Source: Acidobacteriota bacterium (lineage in GTDB: Bacteria > Acidobacteriota > Thermoanaerobaculia > UBA5066 > Gp7-AA6). From it: a stretch of DNA of 45,496 nucleotides. Location of the stretch: positions 1 through 45,496 of the forward strand of contig JBDUBI010000136.1 in assembly GCA_040004225.1 (NCBI GenBank). The letters run 5' to 3'. The first letter of the stretch is position 1, and each line of letters starts with the position of its first letter. Shown here piece by piece: positions 1-9,442 of the stretch. The notes under the pieces were generated by a model. The model did no database searches, was not told the origin of the DNA, and saw only the letters and a program-made list of their open reading frames with translations. A program made the translations under genes and the position numbers.

Positions 1-2
1 CG

Positions 3-1412
3 ACGTTCTCCGGGGGGCTCGGCGGAGGATCGGTCACGACGGCGGCGTTCGTCGAGGCGTTCTCGTCCGGGCACTTCCGGGAGCGGATGGAGGATCTCGT
101 CAAGCCGCTGCGCGCCGCGCCGGCGGACGGAATGGCCGCGCTGCCGATCCCCGTCTCCTTCTCCGGGGCGGGACCGGGGGGGAAACTCTTCGACCGCGTC
201 GCGGAGGCAGCCGGGTGGATGGCGGCGCCCTCCGGCGCGTCCGCCCGCCCCGCCGCGGCCGCGGGAGCGGAATTGCCGGGGCTCTTTCCGGGCTCCGCGG
301 TCGCCGCGCAGCTGCTGTCGGGAGACATGGACCTCGCCGCCACGGGAACGGTCACCTGGGTGGAGGGGAATTCCGTCCTCGCCTTCGGGCATCCCTTCCT
401 TTCGATGGGGCCGGTCTCGATGCCGATGACGCAGGCGGAGGTCCTGAGCGTTTTCCCATCCCTTTATCGCTCCTTCAAGTTCGCGGCGACGGGGCCCGTC
501 ATCGGGTCCATCACGCAGGATCGGTCGACCGGCATCCTGGGGACGTTCGGGACCCGTGCGCCCATGGTCCCGATCACGCTCAAGATTTCTTCCGACGCCG
601 GGATCGCGCCGCAGACTTATCGCTTTGCCGCGGTGCACAATTCCATGCTGACGCCGCTTCTCTCGGCCCTCGCGATCGACAACGTCGTGACGACCCTCGA
701 GAAGCGCACGGGCGAGCGAACGCTCGTCTGGAAGTCGGCGATCCGGACCCCCGGCCGCACGATCCACTGGGATTCGGTCTTTTCCGGGCTGGCGGCGCGC
801 GAAGAGGCGGTGAGCTCGCTGGCGGTGTTGACGAATTACCTCATGGCCAATGAATTCCGGGACCTGACGATCCTCGGGATGGACGTCGAAATCTCCCACT
901 CCGATCGCCTGCAGAGCGCCCGCGTCGTGCACGTGGAGGCCCGGAAGGCGCGCGTCCGGCCCGGTGAAGAGATCCCCATCTGGGTCGATCTCGTCGACTT
1001 CCGGGGGAGCAGCCGCCGTGTCGTCATGACGCTGAAGGTCCCGGTCGACACTCCGCCGGGGACCTTGAATGTCTTCGTCGGGGACGGGTCCTCGGCCACC
1101 GCGTACGATCTCGCCGCCGTGCCCCCCGACCCGCAGTCGCTCGACCAGGCGCTCGATTTTCTGGCGCGCATCCGTCCCCCGAACAGCCTGAACCTGATTG
1201 CCTATCGCCGCGCCCCCGGCGCGATCGTGGGGGGCGAGGCGCTGCCCTCGCTTCCTCCGACCGTCACCGCGATTCTGCGCGACCGCGGACCGGGCGAGGC
1301 CTCGACGCCGGATCTCGCGTTCGTGCGGCTCCAGTCGGAGACGCTGGAGCAGCCCGTCCCGGTCACGGGTTCGGTGCGCCTGCACATCGACGTGGTTCCC
1401 AGAATCTGGTGA
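3..1412 (+). CDS. SpoIVB/S55-like peptidase domain protein, C-terminal part (5' end lies outside the window)
   Basis: The frame is open from nt 3, with no stop before the listed Met at 87. Stop is TGA 1410-1412. GTVTWVEGNSVLAFGHPF resembles the His-containing GTLT...ALGH block of peptidase family S55. GC3-rich codon usage. Confidence 0.45.
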   Translation, partial: TFSGGLGGGSVTTAAFVEAFSSGHFRERMEDLVKPLRAAPADGMAALPIPVSFSGAGPGGKLFDRVAEAAGWMAAPSGASARPAAAAGAELPGLFPGSAVAAQLLSGDMDLAATGTVTWVEGNSVLAFGHPFLSMGPVSMPMTQAEVLSVFPSLYRSFKFAATGPVIGSITQDRSTGILGTFGTRAPMVPITLKISSDAGIAPQTYRFAAVHNSMLTPLLSALAIDNVVTTLEKRTGERTLVWKSAIRTPGRTIHWDSVFSGLAAREEAVSSLAVLTNYLMANEFRDLTILGMDVEISHSDRLQSARVVHVEARKARVRPGEEIPIWVDLVDFRGSSRRVVMTLKVPVDTPPGTLNVFVGDGSSATAYDLAAVPPDPQSLDQALDFLARIRPPNSLNLIAYRRAPGAIVGGEALPSLPPTVTAILRDRGPGEASTPDLAFVRLQSETLEQPVPVTGSVRLHIDVVPRIW

Positions 1413-1419
1413 AGCCGGC

Positions 1420-3606
1420 ATGAAACTGCGATTCCGGTTCGGTGCGATCGTGGTGTGCGCTCTCCTCGCCGGCGTCTCCGGCGCCTTTGGAGCGGCGACT
1501 CGGATCTGGGTTTCGGACTCGAGCTCCGACTTCTCGCTCGGAGAGGCACGCGGAATCGCCGTCACGATCGACGGGTCTCTCGTCCTTTCCCGCGCGAGCC
1601 AGCGGGTGGACGGAATCTCGGAGGCGTCTCTGTTCTCGGTGGTCTCCGGCGCCGACGGAACCTCCTACGTCGGCACGGGAGACTCGGGGCGAATTCTCCG
1701 CATCTCGACGTCGGGAAGGGCCGACACGCTGGCGACCCTGAAGGAGAAGGAGGTGACGGCGCTCGCGGTCGGGCCGGACGGAGCGATCTACGCCGGCGGT
1801 TCGCCGGGTGGAAACGTCTACCGGATCGACGGCGGGAAGCCCGCGCTCTATTACGCTTCAGGGGCGCGGTACGTCTGGGCCCTCGCGTTCGCGGAGGGCC
1901 GGCTCTACGTCGGCACGGGGCTTCCCGGAGAGATCCACCGCGTCTCCTCCGCCCTCAAGGGGGAGCGCCTCCACGCCACCCCCGACGCCCACGTCCGGAC
2001 TCTCCATACCGACTCCCGGCATCGGGTCTGGGCGGGGACCTCCGGCTCGGGACTCGTGCTTCGCGTCGATCCTTCCGGCGCGGTGTCGACCATGTACGAC
2101 TCGGCCAAATCAGAGGTGACCGCGATCACGTCGAGCGGCGACGGGCGCGTCTGGGTCGCCGCGGGGTCTTCCGATGCGTCCTCTTCCGGCTCGGAGCCGA
2201 TTTCGATGCCCTCTGCCGCGCCCCCGGTGCCGACGGCGAAGACCACGAGCGCGCGCGAGGACGACGGCAAGGAGAAGGCGGAAGTGACCGTCTCCGTGTC
2301 CACGCCGCGCCTGGCGCCGCCGACCTCGGGGTCTTCGAAGTCGGGTTACTCGTCGGAGGTGCTGCTGTTTGAAGAGGGGGAGCCCGCGAGGCCGGTCTGG
2401 ACGAGCTCTTCGGAGCTGGTGTTCGGCCTGTCGGCGGACGCGGATCCCGCTGCGGTTCTCGCCGCGACGGGGCCGAATGGAAAGTTGTATCGCGTGGCGA
2501 TCGGGCGGTCCGCCCTGGAACGGACCTTCGACGAGAAACAGGTGACGTCGATCGGTGGCGACGTCATCGGCACGAACTCGGCCACCGGCGTTTACCGTCT
2601 GGCCGCCGGCGCCCGGACGGGCGAGTGGGTCTCCGCGGTCAAGGACACGGGCCGCACCAGCCGGTTCGGCGCCTTCCGCTGGGAGGGGGAAGCCCCGGCG
2701 GGGACCCGCATCGAGTTTGCGTTCCGTTCGGGAGAGTCCTCGGCGCCCGACAACACCTGGAGCACCTGGACGACCTTTTCCGAACGGCAGCATGCGGACC
2801 GGAATCCCTCGCCCCCCGCCCGGTACATGCAGATCAAGGTCAGGATGAGCTCGGACGGCGGGCGGGTGCCCTCCGTGCGGCACATCGAGGCTTCCTACCG
2901 CAACCGCAACGCGGCCCCCGTCGTCGATTCCCTGGCGGCGCTGCCGCCCAACGAGGTGTACGCGAGGTCCGCGTCGGGAGGCTCCAACGTCTTCGAGACG
3001 ACCGCCCCCGACGAGAAGGGCATTTTCACGAGTCTCGAGGAACCGCGTGCGGAAGGCGCTCCGCGGCGCCTCCTGCGGAAGGGCTACCGGACGCTGACCT
3101 GGCGAGCCTCCGACGCGGACTCCGACACGCTCTCTTACGACATCGAGTTTCGGCCGCTCTCGTCCGGCCGCTGGATGATGCTGCGACGGAACCTCAAGGA
3201 GACGTTCTACTCGTTCGACACGACCTCTCTCCCGGATGGCGACTACGTGTTCCGGCTGACCGCGTCGGACGCCGAGGCGAATCCGGAGGAAAAGAAAACC
3301 GGGATTCGGGATTCTTCGCCGGTGCGTGTGGACAACACGCCGCCGGTGATCCGGCGGCTTCCTTCGAGCGGGGCGGGGTTCGAGTTCGAGGCCACCGACG
3401 CCGCTTCGCCGATTCTGGAAGCGGAATACAGCATCGACTCGAAGGAGTGGGTGCGGGTGGAGCCGAAGGACGGGCTGTCCGACTCGATGCAGGAGTCCTA
3501 CGCGATCCCGATCGATGCGAAGGCCCGCGGGGGCTTCCTGCTGATCCGCGTGACAGATGCCTCCAGGAACGTCGCCGCGGCGAGTTTCGCGCTTTCCGAG
3601 AAGTAG
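1420..3606 (+). CDS. Secreted beta-propeller (Reg_prop-like repeats) protein with C-terminal Y_Y_Y/Ig-like domain
   Basis: ATG 1420 lies 7 nt after the upstream stop. Signal peptide MKLRFRFGAIVVCALLAGVSGAFGA. Repeated G-x-V/I-Y/W-V/A-G-T propeller-like strands. C-terminal LSYDIEFRPLSSGRW...DGDYVFRLTASD looks like a Y_Y_Y-type Ig fold. The 5' extension of the listed ORF back to 1198 overlaps the upstream gene and is Arg-rich. Confidence 0.6.
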   Translation: MKLRFRFGAIVVCALLAGVSGAFGAATRIWVSDSSSDFSLGEARGIAVTIDGSLVLSRASQRVDGISEASLFSVVSGADGTSYVGTGDSGRILRISTSGRADTLATLKEKEVTALAVGPDGAIYAGGSPGGNVYRIDGGKPALYYASGARYVWALAFAEGRLYVGTGLPGEIHRVSSALKGERLHATPDAHVRTLHTDSRHRVWAGTSGSGLVLRVDPSGAVSTMYDSAKSEVTAITSSGDGRVWVAAGSSDASSSGSEPISMPSAAPPVPTAKTTSAREDDGKEKAEVTVSVSTPRLAPPTSGSSKSGYSSEVLLFEEGEPARPVWTSSSELVFGLSADADPAAVLAATGPNGKLYRVAIGRSALERTFDEKQVTSIGGDVIGTNSATGVYRLAAGARTGEWVSAVKDTGRTSRFGAFRWEGEAPAGTRIEFAFRSGESSAPDNTWSTWTTFSERQHADRNPSPPARYMQIKVRMSSDGGRVPSVRHIEASYRNRNAAPVVDSLAALPPNEVYARSASGGSNVFETTAPDEKGIFTSLEEPRAEGAPRRLLRKGYRTLTWRASDADSDTLSYDIEFRPLSSGRWMMLRRNLKETFYSFDTTSLPDGDYVFRLTASDAEANPEEKKTGIRDSSPVRVDNTPPVIRRLPSSGAGFEFEATDAASPILEAEYSIDSKEWVRVEPKDGLSDSMQESYAIPIDAKARGGFLLIRVTDASRNVAAASFALSEK

Positions 3607-3649
3607 TCCGTCAGGAGCACGACACCTCCATAATGGGAGGATCGTGAAG

Positions 3650-5401
3650 ATGCGCCTCGCCGCGTCTCTTTCCCGGGTCTGTCCGGCCGCGCTCTTTTCA
3701 GCCGCGGTGTTCCTGGTCCCGGCCTGCGGGGACGGGAGTCGCGGCAATCGTGCCGCGCGCCCGGTGGTCAGGCCCGCAAACCCCGCGCGGATCCGGGCGT
3801 CTCCGGCGCTCCTCGGGTATCTGGACGAGTCGGGTCTTCCCCCGCGGCGGGAGGGCGGCACCCTGCGGCGGCGGCTGATCGGCGACCCGGCGACGCTGAA
3901 TGCCGTCATGCAGTCGGGCGCCCCCGAGCAGGAGGTGCTCCAGTACGTCTCCCGCAACATCCTCGATTTCGATTCGCGGATGCGGCTCGTTCCCGGCCTC
4001 GCGGAAAGCTATACGGTTTCCCCGGATGGCCGTTCCTTCACGTTCACGATCCGGAAGGACGCGCGATGGGAGGATGGCTCTCCGGTCTCCCCGGCCGACG
4101 CGGTTTTCACGATCCGCTCGATCGTGGACCCCAAGGTTCCGTCGCCCGTCTTCAAGTCCGTCTTCGACGGCCTCCTCTCGGTGGAGGCTTCGGGAGATCA
4201 CTCCTTCACGGCCCGTTTTCGCGAGCCGTCCGCCTACCGGGCCATGGCTTTCGTCCTCCCGGTCCTGCCGGCCCACCGCTTCTCCGGAGTCGACTTCCTG
4301 CACGCGCCGGGCAACCGCGCCCCGCTCGCCAACGGGCCCTACCGGCTGGCCTCGTGGCGCGCCCAGGACGAGATCGTGCTGGAACGCAATCCCCGGGCTT
4401 GGGGCGAGCGGGGCCACTTCGACCGCATCGTCTTCAAGGTGCTTCCCGAAGACGCCGTCAGCTACCGCGCCCTGGTCGGCGGAACCGTGGACGAGACGCG
4501 CCTCGATACCTCCGGGAGGGAGCGCGCGCGCTCCGACCGCGCCTTTGCCGACTGCTGCCGGATGGTCGAGTACTACGACCTCGGGTGGAACTACATCGCG
4601 CTGAACAACAAATCGCCGCTCTTTTCCAACCCGGCTGTCCGGCGGGCGCTCACGATGCTTCTCGACCGGGCCGGCATCGTCCGCGGCCTCTTCCGCGGCT
4701 CGGCCCGAATCCTGTCGGGTCCGTGGGCGCCGGATTCGCCGGCCTACGACCCCGCCGTCCCTCCGCTGCCATTCAACCCCCGGGCGGCGAGCGCGCTGCT
4801 CGACGCGGCCGGGTGGCGGGACAGCAACGGGGACGGAACTCGCGATCGAGGCGGACGCGAGTTCTCCTTCGATCTCCTGGTCTCTTCCGGAACGACCACG
4901 GGCCGGCAGATCGACGAGACGTTCATCGCGGAGCTCGCCCGCGCCGGGATCCGGGCGCGCATCCGCTCGCTCGAATGGGCATCCTTCACGGAGCGGGTCG
5001 ACTCCGGGAACTTCGAGGCCGCCTCGCTCGCGTGGTCCGCGTCCGACCCCAACCCGGACCCCTATCCCTATTGGCATTCCTCGCAGTCTCCTCCGCAGGG
5101 ATTGAACAGCCAGTCGTACCGGAACGACCAGGCGGACCGGCTGATGGAGTCCGCACGCCGGGAACAGAACGGCGAGCGCCGGCTGGCGATTTACCACCGG
5201 CTCCACCGGATCTTCCGAGACGATGCGCCCGTCATCTTCGTCGCGACCTCTTCGCAGAAATTCGGGTTCCGCAACCGGGTGCGCGGCCTCGTCACGTCTC
5301 CGCTCGGCTTGTTCGGCATCTGGCCCGGGCCGATCGGCTGGTGGGACGCGGACGGTCAGGGACAGGCCGTGGCCTCTCCGGCCGCACGGAGCGGTCCGTG
5401 A
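3650..5401 (+). CDS. ABC transporter substrate-binding protein, family 5 (peptide/nickel type), lipoprotein
   Basis: GGAGG at 3636-3640 precedes ATG 3650. N-terminus MRLAASLSRVCPAALFSAAVFLVPAC is lipobox-like. Length and motif style (WEDGSPV, NPRAW, LEWASF) are typical of SBP_bac_5. Confidence 0.8.
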   Translation: MRLAASLSRVCPAALFSAAVFLVPACGDGSRGNRAARPVVRPANPARIRASPALLGYLDESGLPPRREGGTLRRRLIGDPATLNAVMQSGAPEQEVLQYVSRNILDFDSRMRLVPGLAESYTVSPDGRSFTFTIRKDARWEDGSPVSPADAVFTIRSIVDPKVPSPVFKSVFDGLLSVEASGDHSFTARFREPSAYRAMAFVLPVLPAHRFSGVDFLHAPGNRAPLANGPYRLASWRAQDEIVLERNPRAWGERGHFDRIVFKVLPEDAVSYRALVGGTVDETRLDTSGRERARSDRAFADCCRMVEYYDLGWNYIALNNKSPLFSNPAVRRALTMLLDRAGIVRGLFRGSARILSGPWAPDSPAYDPAVPPLPFNPRAASALLDAAGWRDSNGDGTRDRGGREFSFDLLVSSGTTTGRQIDETFIAELARAGIRARIRSLEWASFTERVDSGNFEAASLAWSASDPNPDPYPYWHSSQSPPQGLNSQSYRNDQADRLMESARREQNGERRLAIYHRLHRIFRDDAPVIFVATSSQKFGFRNRVRGLVTSPLGLFGIWPGPIGWWDADGQGQAVASPAARSGP

Positions 5402-6369
5402 CGCGCTATATCCTCCGACGCCTGCTCCTGGCCGTGCCGACACTCGCCGGCATCGTCGTCCTCGTCTTCTTTCTCCTGCACCTCGCGCCCGGAAGCCCGA
5501 TGAGCGCGATGGGGGGCGACTCCGGCCGGCGCGTCTCGCAGCGGGCGGCGGAGGAAATGCGGAAAATCTACGGGCTCGATCGGCCGCTGCCTGAAAGGTT
5601 CGGCCGGTGGGTGAGCCGCGTCGTCCGGCTCGACTTCGGGGAGTCGTTCGTCGACCGGCGCCCCGTGCTCGATCGCATCGAGGAAGCGCTGCCCTACACC
5701 CTCGTGTTGAACGGGCTCGCTCTTCTCCTGACGCTCGCGATCGCGGTTCCGCTCGGCGTCGTCACCGGTGGCCGGCCCGAAGGCGCGCTCGACCGGGCCT
5801 CCGGAGCTCTGCTGTTCGCCCTCTACTCCCTCCCGGCGTTCTGGGCGGCGCTGCTATTGCAGGCGCTCTTCTCGGTGCGCCTCCGGTGGCTGCCCCTCTA
5901 CGGAGTCGTCTCCGATTCTCCGGAGGGGATCGGCCTGGCGGATCGGGCCTCCCACCTCGTCCTGCCCGTCGTCTGCCTGACGTACGGATCCCTGGCGTTC
6001 TTTGCGCGGCTGATTCGGGCGAGCGTCGCGGAGACGCGCAATGCGGACTACGTGCTGGCCGCGCGCGCCCGCGGGCTTTCGCGCCGGGAAGCCCTCTGGA
6101 AGCACGCATTCCGAAACGCGCTCCTGCCTCTCGTCACGCTCCTCGGTCTCGTTCTTCCGGGGCTTCTCTCCGGGAGCGTCATCATCGAGCGGATTTTCGC
6201 GTGGCCGGGAGTGGGGCGCCTCTATTTCGACTCGATCCTGTCGCGCGACTACCCGGTCGTCCTCGCCCTGTCGCTGCTCGGGGCCGTCGCGACGCTTCTT
6301 CTCACTCTCGCGGCGGACATCGCGAGCGCCGCGGTCGATCCCCGGGTGCGGGACGGAACTCTCGGATGA
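5398..6369 (+). CDS. ABC transporter permease (DppB/OppB-like)
   Basis: GTG 5398 overlaps the upstream TGA (GTGA). N-terminus TRYILRRLLLAVPTLAGIVVLVFFLLHLAPGSP is the canonical OppB/DppB start. Multiple TM segments. Confidence 0.85.
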   Translation: MTRYILRRLLLAVPTLAGIVVLVFFLLHLAPGSPMSAMGGDSGRRVSQRAAEEMRKIYGLDRPLPERFGRWVSRVVRLDFGESFVDRRPVLDRIEEALPYTLVLNGLALLLTLAIAVPLGVVTGGRPEGALDRASGALLFALYSLPAFWAALLLQALFSVRLRWLPLYGVVSDSPEGIGLADRASHLVLPVVCLTYGSLAFFARLIRASVAETRNADYVLAARARGLSRREALWKHAFRNALLPLVTLLGLVLPGLLSGSVIIERIFAWPGVGRLYFDSILSRDYPVVLALSLLGAVATLLLTLAADIASAAVDPRVRDGTLG

Positions 6370-7217
6370 ACGCGCTCCTCTCTCTCGCCGCCCCGGCGGC
6401 ACGCCCGCGCCGCGCCATCCCCGGCTCGGCGCGGGTCGCGCTCGCGATCGTCGTGCTCCTCTGGATCGTGGCCGCGCTCTCGCCGCTCGCCTCGCGGCGC
6501 GCGGCCGACATCCGGTTAAACGAGCGTCTCCTCGCTCCGTCTCGGGCGCACCTGTTCGGGACGGACGATCTCGGACGCGATCTTTTTGCCCGCGTGGTCG
6601 CGGCGACCCCCATCTCTCTCGCCATCGGGACGACGGCCGCCGCGGTGTCGGTGATCGTGGGTTTCGCGATCGGCGCGGTTGCGGGGTGGTTCGGCGGGAT
6701 GACGGACCTGCTCCTCTCCCGCGCGATCGAGGTGGTGCTCTGTTTTCCCGTGCTCTTCCTTCTGCTGGCGCTGGCCGCGTTTCTTCCCCCTTCCCCGGCG
6801 ACGGTCATTCTCGCCATCGGGTTGACCACCTGGCCGGGGGACGCGCGCTTTGCGCGGGCCGAGATCCTGAAGGCGCGGGACCTCGACTACACGCGCGCCG
6901 CCCGTGCCGCGGGGGCGACGACTTCGCGCATCCTCCTGCGCCATCTCCTTCCCGTCGCGGCGCCGCCACTTCTCGTCTCCGCCGCGTTCGGGGTCGGCTG
7001 GGCGATTCTCGCGGAGGCCGCGCTCTCGTTTCTGGGCGTGGGCCTCCCGCCGCCGATGGCCTCGTGGGGCGGAATCCTGGCCATCGCGCCCGCCTATATC
7101 GACGAGGCGTGGTGGATCGCGCTCTTCCCGGGTCTGGCGCTCTTCCTGACGGTCGCCGCCTATAATCTGCTGGCCGAAGGGCTGCGGGCAGCGACAACGG
7201 AGAAAGTGAACCGATGA
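6366..7217 (+). CDS. ABC transporter permease (DppC/OppC-like)
   Basis: ATG 6366 overlaps the upstream TGA (ATGA). HLFGTDDLGRDLFARV is the OppC/DppC signature. TM-rich. Confidence 0.85.
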   Translation: MNALLSLAAPAARPRRAIPGSARVALAIVVLLWIVAALSPLASRRAADIRLNERLLAPSRAHLFGTDDLGRDLFARVVAATPISLAIGTTAAAVSVIVGFAIGAVAGWFGGMTDLLLSRAIEVVLCFPVLFLLLALAAFLPPSPATVILAIGLTTWPGDARFARAEILKARDLDYTRAARAAGATTSRILLRHLLPVAAPPLLVSAAFGVGWAILAEAALSFLGVGLPPPMASWGGILAIAPAYIDEAWWIALFPGLALFLTVAAYNLLAEGLRAATTEKVNR

Positions 7218-7693
7218 CCGAGCGCGTGGCCCTCTATCCGGGTTCGTTCGATCCGTTGACGAACGGCCACCTGGACATCCTCTCGCGGGCACGGCGCCTC
7301 GCCGACCGGGTCGTGGTCGCCATTCTCGAGAACGACGTCAAGACGCCGCTCTTCTCGATCGCCGAGCGCCTCGAGATGATTCGCGAGATCGTGGGAGACG
7401 ATCCCGCCACCCCCGTCCTCTCCTTCCAGGGGCTGCTGGTGGACTTTGCCCGCGAGACGGGAGCGACCCTTCTCGTGCGGGGGCTGCGCGCCGTCTCCGA
7501 CTACGAATACGAGCTGCAGATGGCCCTGATGAACCGGCGTCTCGCCCCCGGAATCGAGACCGTGTTTCTGATGGCGAAGGAGGAGTACTCGTACGTGTCC
7601 AGCCGGCTCGTCAAGGAAGTGGCGCGCCTCGGCGCGGACGTGCGAGGCCTCGTCCCGGATCCGGTCCTGCGGCGCCTGGTCGGGAAATTTTGA
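7214..7693 (+). CDS. coaD: Phosphopantetheine adenylyltransferase
   Basis: YPGSFDPLTNGHLDI nucleotidyltransferase motif, 159 aa, ATGA overlap with the upstream permease. Confidence 0.92.
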   Translation: MTERVALYPGSFDPLTNGHLDILSRARRLADRVVVAILENDVKTPLFSIAERLEMIREIVGDDPATPVLSFQGLLVDFARETGATLLVRGLRAVSDYEYELQMALMNRRLAPGIETVFLMAKEEYSYVSSRLVKEVARLGADVRGLVPDPVLRRLVGKF

Positions 7694-8178
7694 CCGGCGA
7701 GCCCCCTCTTCGCGTCGTCGAGACCGGCGTTCGCGTGCGTTACGCGGAGACGGACCGTATGGGGATCGTGTACCACGCGCATTACATCGTCTGGTTCGAG
7801 ATCGGCCGGACGGAGTTCTGCCGCGCCGCCGGAATCCCCTACCGGGCGATGGAAGAGGCGGGACTCCTGATCCTCGTCACGGGCGTCGAGTGCACCTACC
7901 GGCGATCGGCGCGATACGACGACGAAATCCGGATCCAGGCGCGCATGCCCGAGCTTTCGGGCCGCGGCCTCTCCTTTGCGTACGAGGTTCTCGGGCCGGG
8001 CGGCGTCCGCCTGGCCGACGGAGCCACGCGGCACGTGTTCGCCGATCCGGAGGGACGGCCCCGGCGCGCTCCGGACGAGATCGTCGCCCCCCTGGAACGT
8101 TTTCGTCGGGAGACGGACGGAGCGTCCACGTCACCGCGGCCCGGAGGAAACCGAAGGGGCATCTCCGACGTAGTTTGA
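7690..8178 (+). CDS. Acyl-CoA thioesterase, YbgC/4HBT hotdog family
   Basis: [29 protein letters not shown] is the typical YbgC/4HBT N-terminal block. TTG start overlaps the coaD stop (TTGA). Confidence 0.75.
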   Translation: MTGEPPLRVVETGVRVRYAETDRMGIVYHAHYIVWFEIGRTEFCRAAGIPYRAMEEAGLLILVTGVECTYRRSARYDDEIRIQARMPELSGRGLSFAYEVLGPGGVRLADGATRHVFADPEGRPRRAPDEIVAPLERFRRETDGASTSPRPGGNRRGISDVV

Positions 8179-8191
8179 TCGGGGGAAACTC

Positions 8192-8662
8192 ATGAATAAA
8201 GCCACCTTTGGCGCGGGATGTTTCTGGGGTGTCGAGGCCGCTTTCCGGCAGGTGCCGGGCGTCCTCTCGACCGCGGTCGGGTACTCGGGCGGGACGCTTC
8301 AGGACCCGACCTACCGGGACGTGTGCGGCGGCCGCACCGGCCACGCCGAAGTGGTCGAGGTCGAGTACGATCCCGAGCGCGTCTCCTACGGGGAGCTCTT
8401 AGACGTCTTCTGGGAGAACCACGATCCCACGACGTTGAACCGGCAGGGCCCGGACGTCGGAGAGCAATACCGTTCGGCCGTGTTTTTCCACGATCCCGAC
8501 CAGGAGTCGGCGGCGCGGGCGTCCAGGGAAACGGTCGAAAAGTCCGGCCGCTACCGTCGTCCGGTGGTCACGGAGATCACGGCGGCGTCGACGTTCTGGC
8601 GGGCCGAGGACTACCACCAGCAGTATCTCGAGAAGCGCGGGCTCGCGAGCTGCAAGATCTGA
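8192..8662 (+). CDS. msrA: Peptide-methionine (S)-S-oxide reductase
   Basis: [12 protein letters not shown] catalytic-Cys motif, [19 protein letters not shown], 156 aa. Confidence 0.92.
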   Translation: MNKATFGAGCFWGVEAAFRQVPGVLSTAVGYSGGTLQDPTYRDVCGGRTGHAEVVEVEYDPERVSYGELLDVFWENHDPTTLNRQGPDVGEQYRSAVFFHDPDQESAARASRETVEKSGRYRRPVVTEITAASTFWRAEDYHQQYLEKRGLASCKI

Positions 8663-8667
8663 CCGGA

Positions 8668-8761
8668 CGGGAAACGGGAATCGGAAACGGGAATCGACGG
8701 GGAAACCCGAGCGGGGTTCTCTTCAGCTCCGATCTTTCCGTTTTCCGTTTTCCGTTTTCCG
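8668..8761. repeat. Inverted pair of tandem heptamer arrays: (CGGGAAW)x4-5 at 8668-8706 and (TTTTCCG)x4 at 8735-8761
   Basis: Read directly from the sequence. The arms pair with G-U wobbles in the plus-strand RNA. Located between the convergent msrA and GT2 genes. The right arm lies inside the GT2 3' coding end. Confidence 0.8.
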
Positions 8762-9442
8762 TCTCACAAACCCGTATCTCGCGATCGTCCAGAGGATCTT
8801 GTAGCCGGCGCGGAGCGTTCCAGAGACCGTCCCGGTGATCTTAGAGACACCGACCCGCCGGCGATACGAGACCGGGACCTCGGCGATCGCGAGCCCCGCT
8901 CGGATCGCTTTGACCTGCATCTCACACGTCCAGCCGAAATTCGTGTCTTCCATCCCGATTTTCGCGTACGCGTCCCACCGGATGGCGCGGAAGGGACCGA
9001 GATCGGTGTAGCGATGGCCGTACAACACGCGGATCAAGAAACAGGCCAGAAGGTTCCCGAATCGCGCCTGCGGCAGGAGGGCGCCGGGCTCGCGGCGGCC
9101 AGGCGCGCGCGAGCCGATGACGAGGTCCGCGCCAGCCTCGATTTCCGCGAGCAGGAGCGGGACCTCCTCCGGGTGGTCCGAGTAGTCGCCATCTAAGAAC
9201 ACGAGGACATCCGGCGGGTTCTCTCGGAGCGCCGCCACGCCGGCGAGACAGGCGCTGCCGTATCCCCGCCGCGGTTCGCGCACCAGGCGCACGGGCAGCC
9301 CGCTCGCGATCAGCGACGTGTCGTCAGTCGAGCCGTTGTCGACCACCACGACATCCGAGACCGGCGGCCGGGGAATGTCTGCGACGACGAGCGGGAGCGA
9401 TTCGCGTTCGTTGAATACGGGGATGACCACGGAGACCCTCAT
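8723..9442 (-). CDS. Family 2 glycosyltransferase (polyprenyl-phosphate sugar transferase-like)
   Basis: MRVSVVIPVFNERESLP, VVVDNGSTDDT and FLDGDYSD motifs. ATG 9442 overlaps the upstream EamA stop (ATGA). The last ~13 codons are encoded by a heptamer repeat array. Confidence 0.8.
   Translation of the reverse strand: MRVSVVIPVFNERESLPLVVADIPRPPVSDVVVVDNGSTDDTSLIASGLPVRLVREPRRGYGSACLAGVAALRENPPDVLVFLDGDYSDHPEEVPLLLAEIEAGADLVIGSRAPGRREPGALLPQARFGNLLACFLIRVLYGHRYTDLGPFRAIRWDAYAKIGMEDTNFGWTCEMQVKAIRAGLAIAEVPVSYRRRVGVSKITGTVSGTLRAGYKILWTIARYGFVRRKTENGKRKDRS

Noticed and set aside
2110-3960. 616-aa ORF on the minus strand, antisense to the propeller and binding-protein genes.
   Set aside because: Its Arg/Gly/Pro-dominated composition is typical of wrong-frame ORFs in ~70% GC DNA. 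It fully overlaps two genes with recognisable domains, and no motif is present.
3698-5443. 581-aa minus-strand ORF, plus the 5' two-thirds of the plus-strand ORF 4066-6369, both overlapping the ABC binding-protein gene.
   Set aside because: These are shadow ORFs with Arg/Pro-rich junk. Only the part from GTG 5398 onward has the OppB-like sequence.
8668-8761. I considered whether the repeat arrays here (and at 13651, 17260, 27365 and 30519) could be a CRISPR array or miniature CRISPR remnants.
   Set aside because: The units are 7 nt and directly abutting, with no spacers. The arrays are 3-5 units long, and no cas genes are present. They are simple tandem repeats and inverted arrays.
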